Source: Botryllus schlosseri
Taxonomy: Eukaryota
Assembly: GCA_051294905.1 (NCBI GenBank)
Contig: CM119385.1
Span: forward strand, 16,616,001-16,680,000
Length of the DNA: 64,000 nucleotides
Direction: 5' to 3'
Shown here: piece after piece, positions 49,731-59,659 of the stretch
Numbering within the stretch: the stretch's first letter is position 1
Layout of the letters: each line of letters begins with the position of its first letter
The notes under the pieces: generated by a model
Database searches by the model: none
What the model was told of the DNA's origin: nothing
What the model saw: only the letters and a program-made list of their open reading frames with translations
Made by a program: the position numbers and the translations under genes

Positions 49731-50154
49731 GCCTAGGCCAAGGTGGGTGTCTGATTCCATAGACTACCCCAAGTCGCTTCGACATCTTCCTGTCTTTTCA
49801 TTGTATCGCATTGTTTGTGGTGTATTGAACTGATAAAATTGCAAATAAACTAATGATGGTGATGATGTTGAGTTCACCTTCGCCGTTATACTGGTAAAGA
49901 TACAAATAGTCGATCAACTTGACACATTATAAATGCTTTCGGTGTTGTATGGTTAGGCTTACCATATTTTTGTGACTTCAAAGCGGGACGCCTCCAAAGA
50001 CCAAGACCACTTAGCTGTGATTTTTTAACTTTACATTTTCCGATATTATTACATGGGCCCATATTTGTCATCGAGAGTTCATGCGCATATTCTCTGTCTA
50101 AATATCGGTTTCAGTTCGAAAAATAGAAAGGAATTGACGTTAACGATACAAAAT

Positions 50155-51058
50155 TTACTTATTCGCCCAATCATACTTTTCTGTAGATAACACTTTACTC
50201 AAAAAGACATTGTTCAATTTTACATTCTCGTAAAAGTCAGAGCAGGACCAATCAGTATTGATTTTACATGTGTTAACGGCTTCCACGTTCTGCTCCAGCA
50301 TCAGGGATATCTAGATATCTAGATATCCCTGTCCAGCATCCTGCTTCTGCTCTCAGACCACATGCTCTTCATAATGGAAAAAATTCTTTCAACGGGTGCG
50401 GATGTTCCGGGTAAACAAAATATGAACTCTACCAGCTTTTGAAAGTCTGAAACGTGTATGCCTTTTTTTCAAATTCTTTGAACATCTCGGCCCACTTTTG
50501 TTCCAAAGACGGATTTTGCCAGCTCTCTCCCTTACAACGTTCAGACATGTGCCTTTTCACTAGTACATGTTCGTCGAAAAGAGAGTCGCTGTTGATCATC
50601 TGCTTCCCAAACATTATGTTGATCTTTTCCGCAGACTCACACACTCGCACCCAGGATATTTCTTTGTTTAGGTCGATCCAAAGATGAGGAAGCACATCTT
50701 TATAAGAACCATCATAAAGATCCAGATACGATAAGCAATTATCGTAAAAATCTCTTGCTTCTTTGCAAAACAAATTTACGTTTACTTCGCCTGCTTCTTC
50801 TAGCTTGCCCAAGAGAGTCAATGCTGCAGATGGGATGAAGTCGTTTTCTTTCTTTTCAAGTATGTTTAGCTTTAGCTCTGACAGAACATGTGCCACATCT
50901 ACGGCACTAGCGTTTTCCTTTTCTAAGTTTAGAATAGTCTCGTTGAAGTATTTCAACTGCCCATGAACAAATTTCAAATAGAGCTCTTGTGGTGGTTCTT
51001 CGAAGCATTTTTTGATGAGAGTAGGACAAACTTCTTGGGAGTTGAAGTAACTTTTCAA
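50155..51058 (-). pseudogene. hAT transposase C-terminal fragment including the dimerisation region
   Basis: LKSYFNSQEVCP...; after a frameshift in the T7 run at 50463-50469 it reads LPGTSAPVERIFSIMKSMWSESRS. Removing the 38-bp insertion restores ...CKIN...CSDFY...EKY to a stop at 50155-50157. Confidence 0.85.
50302..50331. mobile_element. 30-bp perfect-palindrome insertion (TIR-only hAT-like micro-element)
   Basis: cagggatatctagat|atctagatatccctg flanked by direct tccagcat at 50294-50301 and 50332-50339. Confidence 0.8.
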
Positions 51059-51541
51059 TCCCTCAAAATGGCTGATTTCAAATCGTATTTTAACATACTT
51101 CTAATTCGAAATCAGACAAAAGCAATACATTTTTGAAAAAAAAAACTAGTTTCATACTTCGGGATTCTGCAATAAAAAAAATTTGGAAATTTTTGTTAGT
51201 TCAGCAGTAGGCCTACCTTACGGCCTTAAAAAGCGGGACGTTTGGCTGACTGGTCGGGACGCCGGGACAAGACGTTAAAAAGCGGGACTATCCCGCCTAA
51301 AACGGGACGTATGGTAAGCCTATGTATAGTAGTCACTTTGTGTTCTGCAGCAGCCACGGAGCTACAGTGACAGACGAGGTGTATTTCGAGCAGTGTACCT
51401 GTACTATATTCCCTCCAGATTCCTTTCCATCCAAGAAGACCAGATAATTCATATACAATAGCAAAATCCAATAGCATAACGACAGCTATAAGAGTAAAAA
51501 TATAGTAAAGAAAGGTATTGAATATTTAAATAAAATGTAGC

Positions 51542-51776
51542 TCATCTCCGAGAATCCTTATTCAAAGATTTGGACATATACTCTTGCTGGGCGTGTTGCA
51601 GTTCGATATCGGCGAGCAGTTTTTTGTGGGCATCCTTCTGCGACTGGAGTCTCAGCTTTAAGGCGGCAATTTCATTGTCTTTCAAATCCAGTTCATCTTG
51701 CTTGGCCTGGAGCAGGTCTTTGTGCTGGGCACACTTTTGATGCAGCAAGTCACTTCGCTTGGATTCTCTTGACAGT
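51542..51776 (-). CDS. SPATA24: SPATA24 exon 3 (terminal)
   Basis: gtag| acceptor in phase 2; TGA at 51542-51544. Confidence 0.88.
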
Positions 51777-54700
51777 CTACAAATAAATTCCCAATTGCGT
51801 TTCAAATTGGTTGATTACGTATAGGGACAGTTTGTACGATTGCTAACGTTAGAAAGGTAAAATACACGATCTGAGGCACTGAATCTTTCGTTGTACTACA
51901 ACAAATTTCAATTATTTCTACCATAATACGTAATGTAGCAGATTTCGTTTCAAATAAATGTTTTTCATGTAAAAATTTGTCAGTTTTTGAGTCAAAAAAT
52001 TTTCTTTCCGGGTCAAACTACTTGGAAAGGACAGACAGTTCCAACGGGAAATGAAGATAAGTAGTACAATTCTAACATCAACAACACCTAATTTGCATAC
52101 GGTCATGTCAAAATTTGGTGAAAATAAAGTTTGTTTAGGTCAATAACATGTCAAAATTTTGATTTTTCAGGTCAAAATCTTTCGTTTTTAGGTAAAAAAA
52201 AAACGCCCTAGTGATCAGTAATGAAGTACTTCTACTTTTTGAAGTACTCACAATAAATTTTTGCATACTTGAACTAATATCCCTAGTGGTTATGATTAGA
52301 GCCCGACCGATATTGGATTTTTTGGCCGATACCGATAAAACCGAAATCTAACACCTTCACCGATAACACCGATATATTTAGCCGATATTCAAATAGGTGG
52401 AATCTACCCCAAAAGCCTGTTTCAAAGCTTCAGAACATTTATTTCAACAGATTTACAGCCACTGTCACTTGAACATGAAATAAACTAGAAAGGCTGCATC
52501 TTGACATCTTGAAAGTGTAAGCTATATGAAATAACGCAATATTCCCACTCTAACGGCCAAGGGTTATAGCTTTCTGACTTCCTACAACCATGTTGTGACG
52601 TCACGAAAAATGCCAATATTTTTTAACCTCTAATGACCGATACCGATAATTCTTTCAAAGTGTGATATCGATTCGATATTATCGGCGAACCGATAATCGG
52701 TCGGGCTCTAGTTTTGATTATAGACTACTTCTACTATTTTCAGGCCTAGAATACTTTTCAACTTGGAAATCACTACTTGTACTAGTAGAAATTTACCATG
52801 TTGCTATTACTAGTACTTAGGTTCCGGTACCGAAGATGCCAACTACTGCTGGCTATTACCACAAAAATATGAAATGTTTGATGTAGATAATGCAACAAGT
52901 GAAGGAGATAAGAAATCAAATTCAAGTACCTTTGACCTGAGGATTTTATCAGTTCATCATGCTCGCGCTTTTCCCGTTGCAAATGCTGTTTGAGGATGTC
53001 TACTTCTCCTAGCGTGAAGTTTAGTTTTTCCCTCTCCTTTTCGAGAAGAATTTTCGTTTTTGAATGTTCCAATCTTTCTTCGTTGCATTGTTTTACCATC
53101 TAGAACAGGGGTGGGCAATTATTTTCCTCCGTGGGCCAAATGGGAAGTACAAATATGTTGGCGGGCCGAGTGACATTTTTCAGCTATATTCTCCAACGTA
53201 TTTTAATTTTATTTCTAAATTACATTGTTAATAAATGCCGCTCTGTGAATAATGTGTTGATGTTAGGTGATTAGAAAGTGACAATTAATTAAAAAATATC
53301 TATTAGCCGTCAGGATTCGAAACAATGTTAAATACGATACATTTTCAACTCTCTTTAAACCCCTATCGCCCTATCAACGTTCTTCCATTAAGACTCTAAA
53401 ACAGTGGTTCTCAAACTTTTTTAGGCACCTCTCCCTTAATGATAGTGAAAATTTTCGCGCCCCCCTTATGATGATATCACAAAATATTAAAAAGTGCAAC
53501 CAGAATGCTAGCAATCCCATGGTGGCATGGAAAGTTATGGCTATTGATGAGAGAATTCTGAAATATCAAAGTCGGACAATACACAGAGCAATAAGTATAA
53601 GCTTGGGATAAATCGCGAGGAGCGCAAAAAATTTTTTCATTTTTTCATGAAGCATCTTTTTTAAACTTTTTTTAACCTCCCTTGACCGAGTGTTTCCTGT
53701 TTTTGTCAGAAGACGGACTTTAAATATAATCTTTAATCTCGATGACATGCTCGGCCAAAACTAAAAGGAGAGCTTTACACCTGACTCCAGTATACAAATA
53801 CTTAGTGCTCTTAAGTCTTAACCTTCTTTGAATTTCAGTTTTCTGCTTTCTTGTTTTTGCCATGCCCGGTAATGGGTGATCGATATGGTCAGTCATATAG
53901 TAATCGCCAGCACTGATCGACTTGTTTTGCGAATTAGGGATTTCAAAACGTATAACGTAACAATTTGCAACACATACCGTAAAATGCGTAATGTGAGAAC
54001 GGCAACAAAGAAGGTTTCAACTAAACTATGTGGACAGAGTGATTTCTTGTGATTTAATTGCTATTCATACTTTGTCACATTGCCTTTATTTGGAATATGG
54101 ATTACGCATGAGAGTTACGTCGGCAGCGTAATCGTGGCATATTAATGTACAGACTTCAAAGTAAATGAATTTCCTGTTCACTTGATACAGCCTACAGTCA
54201 TTCAAAACGCAAGTTTTATTTTTTGAATTCCAAGCAACCTTTCGCGGGCCGCACAAAATAGCTTCGCGGGCAGCACTTTGCCCAGGCCTGATCTAGAAGC
54301 AACCATCATAATACCAAGTAGTGAATCTGGATTAATGCTGCAGTTGACTTAATGATTCTCTATCCATTCCCTGCAGCCGTATCAGGCCTATCTCTTTTCC
54401 TTCGTTATTCTGATTTATGACATATTTATTGTGATAACAAAATAAATAAGCTCAATTGATGAATTGATTCGAAGATCTGCAAATATTTTACCTAGAGAGT
54501 TTACGAATGGGGGAACAGGTTCATATTATGTTATTTTACCAAATTGATTCATCACAGGATTATAATACTGTGATAAACTGATCTTTTTCGGGCTATTAAG
54601 TTTGAATATGATTTAGATTTTTTTATCACAGTTTGGCAGAAATAAAACTACAACAGCTGAGATATGTGATTATGGTTCTAAAGCTTATGAGAAGTCAATA

Positions 54701-56565
54701 TAGCAACAAGTTGTCTTAATAAATTACGACCTATGCATATCTGATATTGATTTATTCATGTACTGTACATGCCTACCAAATGATAGATCACTAATCAGTA
54801 TTGCCAGTGTTCCAAATACATGAGCTGAAATTATTTACGCATCTTTCATGTTTTGATTCGAAGTTGGTATGGTGTAGCAGTATGATTAATAATGCTATTG
54901 CTAGAAGAGTACATGGACGTTGGGGTGGTCCTTAAAAAATGAAATTTGGAAAGTTGTTGGTCTGACCCTGCCAAAATGTTCCTTTTGGTTGAAAAACACA
55001 CTGTGTGAAATTTTATTGATTTTCATTATGTTTAGAGATGGTTCAATCCAGTGGCTCAGTCCAACGCAATGCTTCAGGATGTTTATGCCCATCTCACAAA
55101 AAAACGAGGAGCAACTGCAGTTTGCATTTGGGGTTGTTGCTGACCTCCACAAAATGTGCCCCAACACCATCAAACAGAGCTTACTTGGCAAAATAAAATG
55201 ATGTTGGTCATCATGGTACCCCCACCAATGATCAGCTATTAACCAGACGAGGTAATCCAGGCTTTCCAGTGTTGACCCAATAGCACCTATGTATTTACTA
55301 TAGGCCTATATGCTCCATGGCATAGCTGATATCTAGGTAAAATTTCGGATCCGATGAGCCACCTCTAAACATCAATGAATATCAATAAAATTTTACACAG
55401 TGTGTTTTCTAGTCAAAAGGAACATTTTGACAGGGTCAGACCAACAACTTTCCGAAATTCGTTTTTTAAGGATCACTATAATGGACAAAAATTGAAAACA
55501 TTTTCTTGGAAATATTAGTTCGAATATTCTGAGTACAAATATGTTGAAGTGGGAACATTGCAGTGGACAAGACTCTCTGTTCTTGACATCTATGATGAGA
55601 AAAAAATTAAAATCTGCTTTCATTTCAAGCACATATCCGATCAAAACTGAATTTTGCTGTCAATGATATGATTTTCGAAAATAATAATAATGATTGCTTC
55701 TCAGTCAGAGAAGTATACAAATAGCAGCTACTGGACAAAACGAACAGTGAGAATTAAGATGAGATGAGTATAGTACAGTCTGTGTGTGTACACGTAACAG
55801 GAAAACTACAAGATTATAGTTTTTAGCAAGACTGGAATCAGTGGGTCATGTTGTGCGTGACAGACGGATTTCTCGCGTGATTGGAAAATTTCAGTCGCGT
55901 GACGGAGATATTTTTCGCTCTGATTCAATACTTAATTAGGCTACTTATTAAACGACACAATGTGCTAAAATAGACCTGGAAGACGCGGGACTAGGGCTAC
56001 GCCGTATATTCACTGTTACGCAAATGCCACGCTTGTTTGAGTTCATTGTAAAGCGCAAGTGCCTTATTCAGGATCTGGACTATGGTATCGCTTTGTGACG
56101 TCAGCATAATTCATTAATCGGCGTGATCAGATATAAATGCTCGCGCAACGTTGCGCATGCCGTTGCCACCGATTCCACTCTGGGTTTTCAGGACTCTTGA
56201 CCCAATTGAAATCGTAATTCATGGATATCCATCGATTTCTGCCACAGCAACACATTTTTTATGGATACCATACATAAATGAGAATCACTTACGTCGTCGT
56301 ATGTTACTTTCAAAACGTAGTCAAGCTTTTGCTTTTCGGCGTCATCACGAATCCGACTCATTGCAGAATGCTGTAGGTTAATTACATCTCTCAAAGTTTC
56401 CGTGACGACATCGTGAGTTAAGGATGAAGTGCTGCTTGTGGTAGTACATGAGGAACTGCTGCGTGTATTGTCCTTGAGCCCCGCACCGGAAGACAGGCTG
56501 TCCTCTTCTCGTGAAATAATGGGAGAGAGCCTATTTTGATAACTTCTAGCTCTACATTCTTCCAT
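51542..56565 (-). CDS. SPATA24: Spermatogenesis-associated protein 24-like, 3 exons, 225 aa
   Basis: Exons 56293-56565, 52930-53099, 51542-51776. LRDVINLQ, EERLEHSKTKILLEKEREKLNFTLGEVDIL and KDNEI...QQEYMSKSL align by eye with SPATA24 LRDVIESQ, EEKAAHAKTKVLLAKEEEKLQFALGEVEVL and KENEI...QESYMAQVL. Confidence 0.88.
52297..52710. mobile_element. 414-bp hAT-type MITE with CCGATA repeats in SPATA24 intron 2
   Basis: TIRs tagagcccgaccgat / atcggtcgggctcta; TSD gttatgat/gttttgat. Confidence 0.88.
52930..53099 (-). CDS. SPATA24: SPATA24 exon 2
   Basis: ctag|ATG acceptor; AG|gtactt donor. Confidence 0.9.
53106..54290. mobile_element. hAT-Charlie-like element inserted in the SPATA24 exon-2 splice acceptor
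   Basis: caggggtgggcaa / ttgcccaggcctg; perfect TSD atctagaa at 53098-53105 and 54291-54298; contains a truncated second hAT end from 53402. Confidence 0.88.
54925..55476. repeat. Fold-back element with about 130-bp inverted arms
   Basis: 54925-55060 is the reverse complement of about 55345-55476; no clear TSD. Confidence 0.65.
56293..56565 (-). CDS. SPATA24: SPATA24 exon 1
   Basis: ATG at 56565; GAC|gtaagt donor. Confidence 0.8.
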
Positions 56566-56928
56566 GTCGTTGAATCAACTTTTTTATAAAACGAATCAAC
56601 TTTTGAGTGGCGGAATCCAAATTTAGATCGTCAACAGCGGCGAAATGCGTATTACAGCATGACCGACCAAATCTCAACATTCAGCAACGAAATCCGATAC
56701 CAACGATACCGATAACGAACTGATGAAAACAAACTGACCGCTTGAAACGCTTGAATACCCCCGACTTATGGACCGTATCAACATACAACGTCGTAAATTG
56801 CTATGGTATCAAAGTACTTCAATTTGGAAAGATTGTGCTAAGGAAGGATTTGCGCGAGCAGAAGTCTTTATCTAGGACAATGGTTCTCAACCTATCGTCA
56901 TATCGCAAAATCTAACCGGGATGCTGGC

Positions 56929-58662
56929 AGGGTTGCCATACGTCCGGAATTTCCCGGACATGTCCGGAATTTCACTGGTAAAACTGCGTCCGGGATGAAT
57001 TTCTGAAATATGCCTAAATGTACGGAATTTTAAAGTAAGCTAATAATTTTTCCTAAATCAATAAATCAACATTATTTTTTGGCATATTTAGGCTACATGA
57101 AATTTTTAGTACCATGTACATTGGTTTTAATATGGGGACAAGTTGCTCAGTGGGACTACCACCTTCCAAAACTGCGATCAAAAATATATAAAAATAACAG
57201 TCAGTTACAGAAATGAATCTAATTTTTATCGCAATTACAAGATAACGGTATGTTCATAGAGCCGGTTTAGGTCGTTTGGACATGACTTAACGATGTACAA
57301 TTACGCTTCATGCATTTTCGAAGTCATCATCCTCCACCAGCTCTACCGCAAACTCTGATCATGTGGGCGGAGAGCGGATCAAATTATATAGTAATATATG
57401 AAAAAAACAATATTATTGATATAATTCATTTAAATCATTTAACGACCAGATGCATATAGAAACCAGATGCACATAGTAAGCCCCAGAAATTGCATCGATT
57501 GGGCTCAAGATCAGTGTTTATTTGGGCGGGAGGAGGCTGAAAAATGTGGCTTCGGCCCTAGTTACAACCTACAACACACAACCACATACTCCTGAACCGG
57601 ATCGTGACCACTAGGGATGGTGTGAACCTCTGAAAGGTTCAGGTTCGTGTGAACACGAACCTTTTTGAAAGGTTCTGTGTGAACGCGAACGTGAACCTCA
57701 TGACGTCACGTGACGTCATATTGCTAATTCCGACCCTACATTTCAGTGAAGGGATATATAGTAATGTACAAGATACCAAGCGCCGAGTCGGGTCACATAC
57801 TGTCACATACTGACTTTTTAATCGTCGCCAAATGTATCAACTGCGAAGCAATCAAATGATATAATTATCCTATAAAATCAATATCTTCCGTCACTTAGTC
57901 AACAATTCGACGAGGACTTGCATGGGAATATAATCATACGCCTTAACCGTCTAGGCCAAACCGGACAATGTATTCGGCGTTTGAGTGTTCCCACGTTGAT
58001 ATTAAGCAGAGTGTAAACGGGTTTTACCCCATTAACAAGTTAGACAGCAGTGGCCAGCACTTCAATCGCACGTATTTGGTTTTAATGATACAATAAACAT
58101 ATGAAATCGAGATGAACCCCGTACTCTTCCTAGATTTATTACATCTGACACCGATATCAATTTCATTAATTGGTTGAATAAGCATCAATCGCTTTTCGGT
58201 CTTGATATTTTGTGATTGCGGGTCAAGCTCATAGCAGAGAGTCACTAAATATTGTAACAAAGCAAGTTGAAAATTTGAAATTGTCAGGGTGCATGCTCGT
58301 TTAGTGTTGATTTTTTATGCTACCAGTGCCATGCCTATAGTGGCCCGCCGTTATAATGCAATAAATTTCAACCAAAGATGTTATAATGAAGTGAAAATTG
58401 TAATAAATGAAAAAGGTTCACAGTGCAGAACCTATCGAGGTTCGTTTGTGAACGTGAACCTCTAAATTTCCAAGGTTCACACACAGAACGCGAACGTGAA
58501 CCTCGCGTTCACACCATCCCTAGTGCCCACCTCTAGTCGATAAACATAGCTTAGCTGGTGTGACGTCATATTGATCCACAATGTGCCCATACCTCCATTT
58601 GAAATCCGCTAGTGGGTGCTCAAGAGCGTCCGAAATTTGGATTTCAAAAATATGGTAACCCT
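56929..58662. mobile_element. Blackjack-type MITE, middle element of the nest
   Basis: agggttgccata / tatggtaaccct; gtccgga repeats; TSD atgctggc/atgctagc; related empty site at about 53500-53520. Confidence 0.82.
57612..58522. mobile_element. Second copy (inverted) of the 12856-13835 family; innermost element of a nest
   Basis: Same TIRs; TSD gtgaccac/gtgcccac. Confidence 0.9.
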
Positions 58663-59413
58663 ATGCTAGCAACCCCAACAGATTGTTTGATGGCATGGAA
58701 GGTTATGACTGTTGATGAGAGAATTCAAAAATATGAAATTCGGTCTATATATAAAGAAACACGCGTGAATTGGAGGTAGGCCTAAATCCCACAGAGCGCG
58801 AAAAAATGGTCAGTTGACCGCTTCTTCGAGCCCCCTTCAGATGCTTTCGCGCCCCCAGGTTGAGAACCCCTGATCTAGGAGTTAAATAACCATCCGAAAT
58901 CGATGACAACTGTGTCATGAAAAGTCAGTGTGTATTCATGTCATAATTAACCCAGCGAAGTGTGAACAAAAACATCATCAACCACATTCCGACGGAGCCA
59001 TGGCGCTGAGGTGGCTGGAATAGAACCACATGGCGCTCAACAATAGAGACCGAGCTAGCGCAACGCGGGCTATCGCTCGAAGACGCCCACGACCGCCCAC
59101 GATGGAGGCGCTTAATAAGGGCCCAAAACTCATTATCTTGATGTTCATTTGTTTCCTGTTTTCTTTTGCCCTTTTATTTAATTGAAAGCCGATATATATA
59201 TATAACAAAAACAGCACTGCAGTTGCTATCAATGTAGTATGACTGATGCTGATGCTTGTAATCATTTGATACTCCGAGCCCCGATGTTGGCTATCGTATC
59301 TTTCAAAGTTGAGCGACTGTCGCATCGATACCCTCAACTATAACCGTATCTTCATAATACATGAATTCTGGATATGCTCGTCATCGCGAACTATAGATGG
59401 TTACATGAAGTGA

Positions 59414-59659
59414 TTAGCCTCTGCTCAGTCGGAGTCGATGGTCGAGCAACCTTGCATCATCAGGTTTTACATTGGGTTTGGATACGTGACCTATGACCGG
59501 AGTTCTCTTACTCCTTGGTACCGTATCGTGATACGTCGACCCATATCTCGGTGGATTTTGGACAGGCGAATTGACGATTCTTTTTACCACTTGCTCCCGA
59601 TAGTCCTTCGAAAATTCTTCCGGATTCATGACCATGGGATTTTCTTTGAGTATATCAAT
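59414..59659 (-). CDS. Coiled-coil gene terminal exon (IDILKENPMVMNPEEF...)
   Basis: ttacag| acceptor in phase 0; TAA stop. Confidence 0.78.
   Translation of the reverse strand: MDILKENPMVMNPEEFSKDYREQVVKRIVNSPVQNPPRYGSTYHDTVPRSKRTPVIGHVSKPNVKPDDARLLDHRLRLSRG

Larger units (their letters stand above)
49954..51322 (-). mobile_element. Internally deleted hAT-Blackjack-type DNA transposon
   Basis: TIRs taggcttaccata / tatggtaagccta; subterminal cgggac repeats; TSD tgtatggt/tgtatagt; carries a transposase remnant. Confidence 0.88.
56878..58872. mobile_element. Outer hAT-Charlie-like MITE of a nest
   Basis: caatggttctcaacc / ggttgagaacccctg; perfect TSD atctagga. Confidence 0.88.
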
